A DNA stretch of 64,000 bases from a virus. The stretch's first letter is position 1, and each line of letters begins with the position of its first letter. The notes under the pieces are model-generated. The model was given only the letters and a program-made list of their open reading frames with translations. It searched no databases and had not been told where the DNA came from. The translations under genes were made by a program, and so were the position numbers. This document shows, piece by piece, positions 39,485 through 49,253 of the stretch. The DNA is taken from the IMG/VR virus record IMGVR_UViG_3300037258_000374, positions 1 to 64,000 of that record. The stretch is one strand, 5' to 3'.

Positions 39485-39880
39485 GTGATGGTTCACGTGC
39501 TGTGGTCGGAGCAGACCGGCCCCATCGTTTGCTACTGCGACAAGACGAAGGCTGAGAATCACCAGCGCACGATGCTCGGCGTCGAGCTCGCGATGTGCGC
39601 CGCCGACTTCGGTAGCGTCGCTGCAGGCAGAATGGTCAGCGTCGTGTGGTCGAAGACCAGCGGACCTATCGCTGCATTCGTCGAGGCCGCGTCGGCACAC
39701 TCGGCCGCAATGCTCGTCGAGACGATGATGGTCAACTCGTGCGAGGTGCGCCGCGACTTGCCAGATATCGTCACCGATGACATCGCATCTGACTTCGACG
39801 GAGACGACGACACGCCAGAGATCGCGAGCGACGAACACCACGAGATCGATGTGCGGATCGTGGATATCGACGACGCTTGA
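39485..39880 (+). CDS. Hypothetical protein with internal duplication and acidic tail
   Basis: VLWSEQTGPI / VVWSKTSGPI; TAGGCT-N7-GTG. Confidence 0.6.
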   Translation: MMVHVLWSEQTGPIVCYCDKTKAENHQRTMLGVELAMCAADFGSVAAGRMVSVVWSKTSGPIAAFVEAASAHSAAMLVETMMVNSCEVRRDLPDIVTDDIASDFDGDDDTPEIASDEHHEIDVRIVDIDDA

Positions 39881-39912
39881 CGCGGCGTGTTCCACGTGTT
39901 CGGCTTGCTGCC

Positions 39913-40932
39913 ATGCACAGTGTGTTCGCCCCGCACCTCAACAAGAATATCAAGCTCGGCGGCCGCAAGGCGCCGCGCATCCCGCACACCAAGCTGAAGG
40001 CGTCGAAGGTGATCGACGTGCCATCGCTCGTCGTGCCGGACACGACCAGCTTTCGCAACAGCGCGCCGACCGTTCTGCGGAACGTCTATGGCAATGACGA
40101 GCTCGGCGACTGCGTGCCGGCGTGGCTCGGGCACTTCCTTGGCCTCGTCACCGCGAACGCGGGCGATCCGTTCACGCCGACGCTCGACCAGGTCATCGCG
40201 ATGTACTCGGCGATCGGCGGCTACAAGCCCGGCGACCCGAGCACCGACCAGGGCTGCGACGAGGACACCGCGATCAGCTACGTCGAGCAGACCGGGTGGC
40301 CGAACGGTACCAAGGCGCTCGGCGCGATCTCGGTCGACGCGACCAACGCAGCTGAGGTCCACGCGGTCAACTGGCTGTTCGAGGGCACGATGTTCGGAGT
40401 CGGTCTGCCCGAAGCGTGGATCTCTCCGTTCCCGTCTTCCGATGGCGTCGTGTGGGATGTCGCTGGCGATCCGGTCCCGGAGAACGGCCACTGCTTCGGC
40501 GGCGTCGACAACGATCCGCGTGGGCTCGTGGTCGATAGCTGGGGGCTGTTCCTCATCGTCACGTTCGGGGCGATCGCGAAGTACGCGGTGAGCAACTCCG
40601 GCGGTCAGCTGTTCGCGATCCTGACGCCCGACCAGCTCGCCAAGGGCATGGCGAAAGCGCCCAACGGCGTGGACTGGGCGACCATCATCCAGTCGTTCGA
40701 CGCGCGTGGCGGCAGCGTGCCGATGGTGACGCCGCCGGCGCCACTGCCGCCCGCACCGCCAGCCCCGATGCCGCCGCCGGGCCCGGCGCCGAGCACGCCG
40801 ACGCTGCAGCAAGCCGAAGCTGCCGTCGCGCACGGCATCGGAAGCGTCGCGGGGTTCGGTCCGTACATCCAGAGGAACTCCGCGCAGCACGCGGCGCAGG
40901 CGGCGCTCGTCAGCCTGTTCGAGAAGCCGTAG
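39913..40932 (+). CDS. Papain-like cysteine peptidase with Pro-rich linker
   Basis: GND.LGDC, DQGC, GHC, DSWG. Confidence 0.65.
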   Translation: MHSVFAPHLNKNIKLGGRKAPRIPHTKLKASKVIDVPSLVVPDTTSFRNSAPTVLRNVYGNDELGDCVPAWLGHFLGLVTANAGDPFTPTLDQVIAMYSAIGGYKPGDPSTDQGCDEDTAISYVEQTGWPNGTKALGAISVDATNAAEVHAVNWLFEGTMFGVGLPEAWISPFPSSDGVVWDVAGDPVPENGHCFGGVDNDPRGLVVDSWGLFLIVTFGAIAKYAVSNSGGQLFAILTPDQLAKGMAKAPNGVDWATIIQSFDARGGSVPMVTPPAPLPPAPPAPMPPPGPAPSTPTLQQAEAAVAHGIGSVAGFGPYIQRNSAQHAAQAALVSLFEKP

Positions 40933-40958
40933 CCGACACGTTGTAATCTGTAGTTCGG

Positions 40959-42698
40959 ATGTCCGCGGCTGCAGCGCCGAGAATCTCAGCGGAGGCACGC
41001 ACCGCCATCGCGGGTGGTGCGTGCGCCGAGATCATGCGGCGCAGCTTCCTCGCGTTCGTTCGCGGCGGAGCCTACGAACAGATCGACGGCACGCCGCTCG
41101 AGGACAATCCTCACATCGACGCGATCTGCCTGCATCTGCAGGCGGTGTTCTTCGGCTGGCTCGTCGCCGAGGGCCGCGTCAGCGAGAAGACCGCGCGCGG
41201 GCGCCAGATCATCCGCGAGGTCAACGCGCATTGGGCGAGCCACGGCCTCGGCCGACATCGCGGCGAGCTGCTCGTCCAGAACCTGCTGATCAACATCGCG
41301 CCTGGCACGCTCAAGAGCCGCATCGTGATGGTGCTATTCCCGGCGTGGGTCTGGCTCCACGCGCCGGGATTCAAGTGGGGATGCGGAAGCGCGAGCGACC
41401 AGAACGTCGAGCGTGATTCTAGCGATCACAGAGCTGTCGTAGAAAGCTCCTGGTACCGCGAGACCTTCGACGTTGAATGGACTGTCCACAAAGACAAGGG
41501 CGGCGTCAACAGGTGGTCGACGACAGCGGGCGGTCTACGCAAGAGCCACACCATGCTGTCCAAAAAGTGGACTGGCATGCATGCCGATGGAATCCTGGTC
41601 GACGATCCGGACGATGCCCACGGCGTGTTCAACCAGCCAGAGCGATTGAATACGCAGAGCAAGTGGACGAAGGCGATGGAGAACCGCATCGTCTCTCCGA
41701 TTCGCAGCTTTCGAATCATCATCCAGCAGCGCGTTCACGTTCATGACCTAAGCGCATACGTGCTTGCGCAGAAGCGGTGGTCGAAGGTCCATCGTGATGG
41801 GTGGGCATGGCTGTGTATTCCGCTCGAGTGGGGCAAGCAGCCGGCGAACGCCCCGGCCGAGACTCCATTCGGATGGAGAGACTGGCGGACCGAAGAAGGA
41901 GAGGTGCTCCAACCCGAGCGCTTTACGGCTCGGGTCATCGCCGACAACAAGCTGACGCACGGCTTGCACGGATACGAGTCGCAGTACAATCAGAACCCCG
42001 AGCCGATCGACGGCGGCATGATAAGCCGCGGATGGTTCGGGTGGTTCCGTCCGTACGACATGCCAGATAACGGGCGAACTCGTCCGGATGGCTGCGCGAA
42101 GGATAATGACTCGCCGCTCGTCGAGCTCGGACCGAAGCTCGATGGACGCGGCTACGCACTCGACGAGTTGGTCATCAGCATCGATTCGACCTTCGGCTCC
42201 ACGTCAACGACCGCGAGCGCGGTTGGCTTGCTGGTGGTCGGCGTCAAGGACCTGAAGTTCTACGTTCTCGAAGACCTTACCGAGGTGCGCAGCTTTGACA
42301 AGACGCTCGATGCGCTGCGCGAGATAGTCGTCCGCTGGAGACCGCGCAAGCTGCTGATCGAAGACAAGGCGAACGGCGATAGCGTGATGTCGACGCTGCG
42401 GCGTGAGATCGCCGAGGGCAAGATCAAGGATGCCGATGGCGCGCCGATCATCGTCGTGATCGAGCCGTACAACCCCGGCAAGGACAGCAAGGAAGCGCGC
42501 GCGCATGCGCTGTCGATCCACGTGCAGGCCGGGCTCGTCTATCTGCTGCAAGGCGCCCAGTGGCTCGACGATTTTCTCGCCGAGGTCTGCGTCTATCCGA
42601 AGTCGCCGCGCGACGATCGCGTCGACGCGCTCGGCCAGGTCGTCGCGCGCTACCTCAAGAAGAAGAGCATCAATCCGCTACTCGCATCGCGGTGGTAG
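40959..42698 (+). CDS. terL: Terminase large subunit
   Basis: INIAPGTLKS, VDDPD, YNQNP, IEDKANG, DDRVDA. Confidence 0.9.
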   Translation: MSAAAAPRISAEARTAIAGGACAEIMRRSFLAFVRGGAYEQIDGTPLEDNPHIDAICLHLQAVFFGWLVAEGRVSEKTARGRQIIREVNAHWASHGLGRHRGELLVQNLLINIAPGTLKSRIVMVLFPAWVWLHAPGFKWGCGSASDQNVERDSSDHRAVVESSWYRETFDVEWTVHKDKGGVNRWSTTAGGLRKSHTMLSKKWTGMHADGILVDDPDDAHGVFNQPERLNTQSKWTKAMENRIVSPIRSFRIIIQQRVHVHDLSAYVLAQKRWSKVHRDGWAWLCIPLEWGKQPANAPAETPFGWRDWRTEEGEVLQPERFTARVIADNKLTHGLHGYESQYNQNPEPIDGGMISRGWFGWFRPYDMPDNGRTRPDGCAKDNDSPLVELGPKLDGRGYALDELVISIDSTFGSTSTTASAVGLLVVGVKDLKFYVLEDLTEVRSFDKTLDALREIVVRWRPRKLLIEDKANGDSVMSTLRREIAEGKIKDADGAPIIVVIEPYNPGKDSKEARAHALSIHVQAGLVYLLQGAQWLDDFLAEVCVYPKSPRDDRVDALGQVVARYLKKKSINPLLASRW

Positions 42699-42707
42699 GC
42701 TCGCGGC

Positions 42708-43007
42708 ATGGGCGATCAACCAACGAAAGATCCGATCCTGTTCGGCACCGAGAAGGACTATGCATGGGACGCGTACGAGAAGGCGTTCGACGCGAACGCG
42801 CTCCAGCCGGACCACGCAGTCTTCGACAAGTGGTTCGACGACGTATATCTGCAGCTCGGCTCGTACAGCCTGCACGATCGGCTACACGCCGCGTGGGGAG
42901 CTGGCGTTCAAGCGAGGAACATCGCGTGCACCGTTGGATTCGGCGCGTGGTGGCAGAAAATCCTCGACTCGCAGCCGGTGATCAGCGAGCAGCAGCAGCC
43001 ATCATGA
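42708..43007 (+). CDS. Hypothetical protein, leaderless
   Basis: TAGGCT-N6-ATG. Confidence 0.55.
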   Translation: MGDQPTKDPILFGTEKDYAWDAYEKAFDANALQPDHAVFDKWFDDVYLQLGSYSLHDRLHAAWGAGVQARNIACTVGFGAWWQKILDSQPVISEQQQPS

Positions 43008-43210
43008 AGCTTCGCATGACGAGTGGTCGCGACGAGCGCGAACCGAAGCAAGGCGACGTGGTCAAGCTCGCGAGCGGCGGACCGCAGATGACGGTCTGCA
43101 AGATCAGCGATGACGGGAACGCATGCACGTGCGTATGGTTCCCCGATCACGCATCGAAGCCCGAGCGATCGAGCTTCGAGACCTACCTGCTCGTGATCGT
43201 CACTCCCTGA
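43004..43210 (+). CDS. DUF2158/YodC family protein
   Basis: GDVVKLASGGPQMTV..CVWF. Confidence 0.8.
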   Translation: MKLRMTSGRDEREPKQGDVVKLASGGPQMTVCKISDDGNACTCVWFPDHASKPERSSFETYLLVIVTP

Positions 43211-43475
43211 TACAGCCGTCGATCGTCAGCACAGGCACGCGCACATCGGTGTCGTCGTTCACCACGACCAGCTCGTAGCATTGGACCACTTGCTCGACGA
43301 TGACCGGCGCGACGATCTGCGTCGCACGCGAGAGCATGGCGGCGATCGAGATGATGATCACCGCGACGACTGCGGACGAGACGCACGCCGCAAGCAGGAG
43401 TTGTGTTGGCGTCGGCGGTGGTGGCAGTACCTCGGAGCGAAGCGTTGGATCTTGTTCGAAAGGCGACATCCTCAT
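43200..43475 (-). CDS. Small membrane protein
   Basis: Hydrophobic segment; TATCAT-N6-ATG. Confidence 0.55.
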   Translation of the reverse strand: MRMSPFEQDPTLRSEVLPPPPTPTQLLLAACVSSAVVAVIIISIAAMLSRATQIVAPVIVEQVVQCYELVVVNDDTDVRVPVLTIDGCIRE

Positions 43476-43554
43476 GCTCGGATGATAGCCGAGCGCAATG
43501 ACATCTTGTTCGGCGGTTTACAGCCGTGGTTCTGCGTGGGATAGGATGCTCGGT

Positions 43555-45759
43555 ATGTCAACCTGGTTCGGTCGCATGTTCGGCCGCCGCGATGCCGCAC
43601 CGCGACAGCTGAGCAGCGGCGAACTCCGGCCGTTCTCGGGCGCGCAGCGCCTCGATTCATTCCTGGCGGAGCGTAGCGACGGATGGGGCAACGTCATCAC
43701 CGGTCTGATGACCGGTCGTGACAAGCGCCGCGGCGCGGTGCAGCAGTACCGGCCGATGGTCGACCTCGAGGCGCGCGAGTGGTGGCTCGGCGACGACATC
43801 GCCAAGCGCATCATCGAGACGCTGCCGAAGCTCGCGATGCATCGCGGCTACGACCTCAAGATCGCCGACGACGAAGACAGGGAGATGTCCGAGCAACTCG
43901 TCGCCAAGATGGAAGATCTGCAGTTCGATCAGAAGGTCACCAAGGCGATGATGATGAAGCGCGCGTACGGGGGCGCCGCGCTGTTCCCGGTCATCGATGG
44001 CGCGCAAGACGATCTGCGCCTGCCGATCGACCTCACCAGGATCCGCAATGTGGTCGCGCTGCATCTGCTCGAACCGCGCGAGCTGCTGCCGACGAGCTGG
44101 TACACCGACCTTCGGAATCCGAAGTTCGGTACGCCCGAACGGTTCATGTTCATCCCGGTGCTCACGGGTGGAGTGCCGCCGCCGCAGACGCTGTCGGAGA
44201 TCCACGAGTCTCGGCTCATCCTGTTCCAGGGCACGAAGGTCAGCCGCCTGTACCAGCCCGGAGATCGCATCGGCTGGGGCGACAGCGTCCTCACGCCGAT
44301 CCGCGACGTGATCATGGACTTCGGGCTCGCGTGGAGCTCGGCGTCTGCGCTGCTGCAGGACTTCGCGCAGGCCGTGCTCAAGATCGAAGGGCTCGCGAAT
44401 CTGATCACCACCGATCAGGACAAGGTCGCGCGCGCGCGCATCGAGCAGATCGACTTCATCCGCTCGGTGATGCGGATGATCGTGATCGACAAGAACGACG
44501 AGTTCTCGCGCGAGGAGACGCCGATCAGCGGGCTCGCGCAGCTGCTCGATCGCTTCTGCGTGCGCATGGCCGCTGGCGCCGACATGCCGATCACATGGCT
44601 GATGGGCCAGTCGCCAGCGGGACTGAATTCGACCGGCGAGAGCGACCGCGAGATCATGTACGACCGCGCGCGCGCCGAGCAGCACGAGACGGAGCCGCAG
44701 ATCGAGCAGGGCATCCGGCTCGTGATGCTCTCGAGTGAGGGTCCTTGCGAAGGCAAAGAGCCCGACGTGTGGGGTATCAACTTCCGACCGCTGAGCTCGC
44801 CGGACGATCAGGACATCGCGAAGACGCACAACCTCGACGCGGTCAGCGATGACTACTACATCAAGAACGGCACGCTCACGACGGACGAGGTGCGCAATCG
44901 CTGGCGCGGCGACAAGTACGGCGACATCCAGCTCGACGACGATGCGTGGCAGAAGCAACAGGACCTGCAAGCGAAGCAGATCGACGCTGCTGCGCGCGCC
45001 GCGCTCAAGGCTCCGGCGGACAGCGCGACCGGCGGCGGCACAGCGCGACCGCTCGACGTGCCGAACGCCGACGGGAAGGTGCAGCCCGGCGACTCCACGC
45101 AGAAGCTACCCGACAGCGACAATGCGCCGGCGCAAGGCGTTACGCCGCTCAACGCCGGGGCCGGCCAAATCATGATCAAGCCGCACGTCCGCAGCATCCC
45201 GAAGCGCGGCGCGATCGCGGCGCCGGTCACCGCCGGCGGCAGCGCGGCTGGACGAGCCGATCGCGATCGGTTCGATGACGAGCTCGCGGACGAGATCGCC
45301 AAGGAGCTAGCCAGCGACTATCCGCCCGAGGCGCTCACGTGGATTCGCTCGATCAAGTGGGAGGGACCGGAGCGCGTCGACCTGGCCGACATCGACTTCT
45401 CGAACGCCGATCAGTGGCAGGCATCGCGCGAGCCGGACAAGGTCGAGAAGTTCGTGCAGCGCATCAACGCCGGATGGTCGAAGCCGATCCTGCTCGTCAA
45501 GCGGCCCGGGATGGACAAGCTGATGATCGTCGATGGCCACCATCGCGCGCTCGCGTATCAGAAGCTCGGCCGCCGCGTCATCGCATTCGTGGGCACCGCG
45601 ACGAGCAACGTCGGGCCCTGGGATGACTTCCACAATTCGCAGCGGAGCAGCCCGGATAAGCAGATCCAGCGCGCAGCAATGACGAACGGAACCGCCGCAG
45701 CGCCATCCACCGACACTGCGGCACCGATGGCGCAACCGGTCGCGTCGTCGATGAGGTAA
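43555..45759 (+). CDS. Portal protein (DUF1073 type) with C-terminal ParB-like domain
   Basis: YGGA, IHESRL, GWGDSVL, GQSPAGLNSTGESD; C-terminal IVDGHHR. Confidence 0.85.
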   Translation: MSTWFGRMFGRRDAAPRQLSSGELRPFSGAQRLDSFLAERSDGWGNVITGLMTGRDKRRGAVQQYRPMVDLEAREWWLGDDIAKRIIETLPKLAMHRGYDLKIADDEDREMSEQLVAKMEDLQFDQKVTKAMMMKRAYGGAALFPVIDGAQDDLRLPIDLTRIRNVVALHLLEPRELLPTSWYTDLRNPKFGTPERFMFIPVLTGGVPPPQTLSEIHESRLILFQGTKVSRLYQPGDRIGWGDSVLTPIRDVIMDFGLAWSSASALLQDFAQAVLKIEGLANLITTDQDKVARARIEQIDFIRSVMRMIVIDKNDEFSREETPISGLAQLLDRFCVRMAAGADMPITWLMGQSPAGLNSTGESDREIMYDRARAEQHETEPQIEQGIRLVMLSSEGPCEGKEPDVWGINFRPLSSPDDQDIAKTHNLDAVSDDYYIKNGTLTTDEVRNRWRGDKYGDIQLDDDAWQKQQDLQAKQIDAAARAALKAPADSATGGGTARPLDVPNADGKVQPGDSTQKLPDSDNAPAQGVTPLNAGAGQIMIKPHVRSIPKRGAIAAPVTAGGSAAGRADRDRFDDELADEIAKELASDYPPEALTWIRSIKWEGPERVDLADIDFSNADQWQASREPDKVEKFVQRINAGWSKPILLVKRPGMDKLMIVDGHHRALAYQKLGRRVIAFVGTATSNVGPWDDFHNSQRSSPDKQIQRAAMTNGTAAAPSTDTAAPMAQPVASSMR

Positions 45760-45763
45760 CCGA

Positions 45764-47677
45764 GTGGTCGCGAAGGCCATCAAGCCGCTCAAGCTGTCGC
45801 AGCTGTCGCCGGACGGACAACGGTTGCACCGTCTCGTCCACATGCACCGCTCGATCGGAACCGCGTCGGCTCCGACACTGATCCCGCGCGTGCAGTATCC
45901 GCACGCGCTCGAAGTGAGCTACGCGAATCAGCTCGTCGGGATGATCACGGTCGCCCGCGAGGCCACCAAGCCAGCGATGGACCAGCTCGGCAAGCTGCTC
46001 GATAGCGCCCGCGCCGCGCGCGGTGACGCCGACGATCCATCGCCGTCCCGGCAGCAGTGGTACGCCGGGCTGCCGGTCGTAGTCGAGAATCCTGCCGGCA
46101 GTGTGCGCCGTTGGACCGACGAGCACGACAACACGACCGGCGAGACGCGTATGCACTACGCGTACGGCTATATCGACGGCGTGCGCGGAGCCGATGGCGA
46201 AGATGTCGACTGCTATCTCGGGCCCGACGAGAACGCGCCGTGGGTCTACATCGTCCGGCAGCTACGGCCGCAGCAGGCCGAGCCTGACAAGGGCCTTGGT
46301 GATCGACGGGGGTTTGACCTTCAAGCGACGCGCGATCTCAGCGCGTGTGAGCCCTCGGCCGAAGAGCTCGACCAGCTTCGCGCGATCGAAGCGCAGTTTT
46401 CGTGGCGGAGCGGAGGTGGAGTATCCGCGGCGCTTGAGCACGCGGTTGATCGCGCTATCGCTAACGCCAAAATGGCGCGCGATGCTGGCAATGGTGGCGC
46501 CCTTAGCGCGGAGGCGAAGTGCTTTCTGGATGTCCCAGAGGCGAGGTCCTCCGTGCTCGCGTCGATGGTCGGCTTGCTTCATGACGCTAAGATTCGAGAT
46601 GTCGTTGTTGAGACCGTTCCCGTCGATATGGTGAACGATCTCATCTCGAGAAAGACTTCGCCCGAGCGAGCGCTCCATGACTACGCGGTGCTCCAGGCGC
46701 TGGCGTCCGCAATCGTAGATGAGGCGATAGAGCGTGTCACCACCGAGCCTTCGAACGTGTCCATTCTTGCGCGGCCTGCCCATGAAGCCGACCATAACTC
46801 ATCATCGTTGCCGTGGGTCTTTGACGAGCAAAAGATCATGCTTGGATTTTCGAGCGCAGACATCGCGAAGGCGGCCTACCTGCTCCAGTACGATGATCCG
46901 AAGTTCTACGGCGGGATGACCGTCATGTCGCTCGACGACTTCAAAGCCGAACTCGCCGAGCACACGGGCGGCATGATCTCGCACAGAGATTCGGCTCCGC
47001 GCGCATGGCGCATGGACGCCGGCGAAGGAGCTCGAGCGCGCGCGCTGATCGAGGGAGCTCGGCTGAGGTTGACGGATGCGATCCATCCGAATCGCGTCGA
47101 CGCGATCGCAACGAAGTTCGCCAAGCAGACGAGCGATTGGCAGCGAATGCAGCTACGCCGACAGGCGAAGGCCGCGCTCGGCATCGACGTCACGACGACC
47201 GACACCAACATCCCGGCGCTCATCGAGCACTTCGTCTCGGAGAACGTCTCGCTGATCAAGTCATTCGGCAACAAGACGATGGACGATGTCGAGAAGATCG
47301 TCACGCGCGCCATCACGAGCGGCCGCCAGACCGAGGATGTAGCGAAGGACATCGGCGATCGATTCGACATCGGTGAGCGGCACGCTCGGATGATCGCGCG
47401 AGATCAGATCGGCAAGCTCAACGGCCAGATCAGCGCGACTCGGCACCGCGAGCTCGGCCTGCGCCGATTCATCTGGCGCACGGTCGGCGACGACCGCGTG
47501 CGCGACGAGCATACCGACCTGCAAGAGGAGAGCGAGTCGGAGCCGTTCGAATACGGCGATCCGCCGGACACCGACGACGGCCCGGCGATGCCAGGCGAGC
47601 CCATCCTTTGTCGTTGCAGCGACGAGCCGGTGTATGCCGACATCACGGATCCATCCGGCGAAGACGACAACGACTGA
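45764..47677 (+). CDS. Head morphogenesis protein (MuF/SPP1 gp7) with N-terminal inorganic-pyrophosphatase-like domain and insertion
   Basis: IARDQIGKLNG, WRTVGDDRVRDEH, PG.PILCRC; ENPAGSVR..YGYI..GADGEDVD..FDEQKIMLGF. Confidence 0.8.
   Translation: MVAKAIKPLKLSQLSPDGQRLHRLVHMHRSIGTASAPTLIPRVQYPHALEVSYANQLVGMITVAREATKPAMDQLGKLLDSARAARGDADDPSPSRQQWYAGLPVVVENPAGSVRRWTDEHDNTTGETRMHYAYGYIDGVRGADGEDVDCYLGPDENAPWVYIVRQLRPQQAEPDKGLGDRRGFDLQATRDLSACEPSAEELDQLRAIEAQFSWRSGGGVSAALEHAVDRAIANAKMARDAGNGGALSAEAKCFLDVPEARSSVLASMVGLLHDAKIRDVVVETVPVDMVNDLISRKTSPERALHDYAVLQALASAIVDEAIERVTTEPSNVSILARPAHEADHNSSSLPWVFDEQKIMLGFSSADIAKAAYLLQYDDPKFYGGMTVMSLDDFKAELAEHTGGMISHRDSAPRAWRMDAGEGARARALIEGARLRLTDAIHPNRVDAIATKFAKQTSDWQRMQLRRQAKAALGIDVTTTDTNIPALIEHFVSENVSLIKSFGNKTMDDVEKIVTRAITSGRQTEDVAKDIGDRFDIGERHARMIARDQIGKLNGQISATRHRELGLRRFIWRTVGDDRVRDEHTDLQEESESEPFEYGDPPDTDDGPAMPGEPILCRCSDEPVYADITDPSGEDDND
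46262..46795 (-). CDS. HNH homing endonuclease with two HTH motifs, antisense within the MuF gene
   Basis: EHRVVME..LGR.L..EIVHHIDGN.LNN.ISNL. Confidence 0.85.
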   Translation of the reverse strand: MVGFMGRPRKNGHVRRLGGDTLYRLIYDCGRQRLEHRVVMERSLGRSLSRDEIVHHIDGNGLNNDISNLSVMKQADHRREHGGPRLWDIQKALRLRAKGATIASIARHFGVSDSAINRVLKRRGYSTSAPPRKLRFDRAKLVELFGRGLTRAEIARRLKVKPPSITKALVRLGLLRP

Positions 47678-47756
47678 CCGGAACGCTCGACGGTAAACGG
47701 TCGCCTGAACCTGAGGGTCTTGTTCCCGGAACGGTGTTGGTGTTAGCGTGCTCTTC

Positions 47757-49244
47757 GTGTTCGGTTTCCGAACTGATGTAGCAACGCTCCGGCCCCCTAA
47801 GCGCATGCCCGATGGAAGGCTGCGCTTCGATGCGTTCATCACGAAGCCCGGCGTCTTCGAGTATGCCGACCCGACGTATCCGGGCGGCATTCGTCGCGAG
47901 CTCCGTGACGATCGCGAGGTGTACTCGCAGCGCACGATGGAATCGTTCGCGCAGGTTCCGGTCACGCATGGTCATCCGCCGACCATGCTCAATGCCGAGA
48001 ACGCGAAGTACCACATGGTCGGCAGCACGGGCGATCAGGTGCAGCGCCTGTCGCCTGGCGTGGGCGAGCCGGACCATCTCGCGACCTCGGGCATGGTCGC
48101 CGACCGCGCGACGATCGATGCGATGGAGTCGGGCGACACCGAGGTCAGCTGCGGCTACGGCTGCGCGATCGACGAGACGCCGGGCACGCATCCGGTGTAC
48201 GGCAAGTACGACTGCGTTCAGAGCAATATCATCGGCAATCATCTCGCGGTGGCGGTCGGTCGCGGCCGCGCAGGTCGCACGGCGCGCGCGCGCATGGATG
48301 CCGAACTCACCGCAGACGAGCGTAACAAGCTTCGCGATTCGCAGTTCGCAGTTCCCAGCACCGGTCAGCTGCCGATCAACGACGAAGCGCACACGCGCGC
48401 GGCGATGTCTCGCTACAACCAAACCGACTTCCCGTCAGCCGCGGCGAAGAAGACGGCCTACGACAAGATTTGCGCGGCGGCGAAAAAGTTCGGCATCGAC
48501 TCGACGGACTTCGAGAAGAAGTACGGCGGGGACGATCGGGCCGATTCACATCAACGAGGAGCCAGTATGGCGGACGAGAAGAAGAACGAGACCACGACCA
48601 CCACCACCGCTCCCGCCGGCGACATGTCGATCGCCGTGCTCGGCCACAAGCTGCGCGACGCCGAGACGCGCGCCGACGCTGCCGACCGCGCGCGCGACGA
48701 AGCCGTGACCGCTCGCCAGCACGCCGAGGGCAAGGTCAAGACGCTCGAGGAGCAGATCGTCGATCTGCGCACCCAGGTCTCGGCCCGCGTCGACGCGACC
48801 GAGACGGCCGCCATCACCGCGATGCGCGAGCGCGCGCAGACGGCCGAGGCTGCGGTCTCGCACTTCGACTCGCGCTTCGACGCAGCGGTCAAGCAGCGCG
48901 TCTTGATCGTCGCGAAGGCGCAGGCGTACCTCGGCCCGAAGTTCCGCTTCGACGACATGAGCGAGCGCCAGATCATGGCGGCCGTCGTGTCGAAGCTGAA
49001 CCCCAAGGCCGACGTGAGCGCGAAGGTTCCCGACGGCGAGATCAAGGGCCGCTTCGATGCCGAGACCGAGCGCGAAGACGGCTATGCGCAGAGCCTCGCG
49101 CGTTCGGCCGAGGTGCTCGCGGCCAACGTCACCGAGAAGCCGCGCACCGACGCGAAGTCCCAGTCGCAGGAGACGCTGCGCAACCTCTGGAAGCAGCCGC
49201 TTCCCAACGACATCCGTGCCGCGCACATCGCCGGCGGAAAGTGA
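47757..49244 (+). CDS. DUF2213 prohead protease/scaffold
   Basis: GVFEY, PVTHGHP, EVSCGY, NHLAV..GRAG; coiled-coil tail. Confidence 0.85.
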   Translation: MFGFRTDVATLRPPKRMPDGRLRFDAFITKPGVFEYADPTYPGGIRRELRDDREVYSQRTMESFAQVPVTHGHPPTMLNAENAKYHMVGSTGDQVQRLSPGVGEPDHLATSGMVADRATIDAMESGDTEVSCGYGCAIDETPGTHPVYGKYDCVQSNIIGNHLAVAVGRGRAGRTARARMDAELTADERNKLRDSQFAVPSTGQLPINDEAHTRAAMSRYNQTDFPSAAAKKTAYDKICAAAKKFGIDSTDFEKKYGGDDRADSHQRGASMADEKKNETTTTTTAPAGDMSIAVLGHKLRDAETRADAADRARDEAVTARQHAEGKVKTLEEQIVDLRTQVSARVDATETAAITAMRERAQTAEAAVSHFDSRFDAAVKQRVLIVAKAQAYLGPKFRFDDMSERQIMAAVVSKLNPKADVSAKVPDGEIKGRFDAETEREDGYAQSLARSAEVLAANVTEKPRTDAKSQSQETLRNLWKQPLPNDIRAAHIAGGK

Positions 49245-49253
49245 GCTGACGCC

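Noticed and set aside
46480-46805. Canonical intein in the MuF insert (CF... HN/S)
   Set aside because: No recognisable intein blocks, and the Cys is not at the insert boundary; the sequence is explained by the antisense HNH
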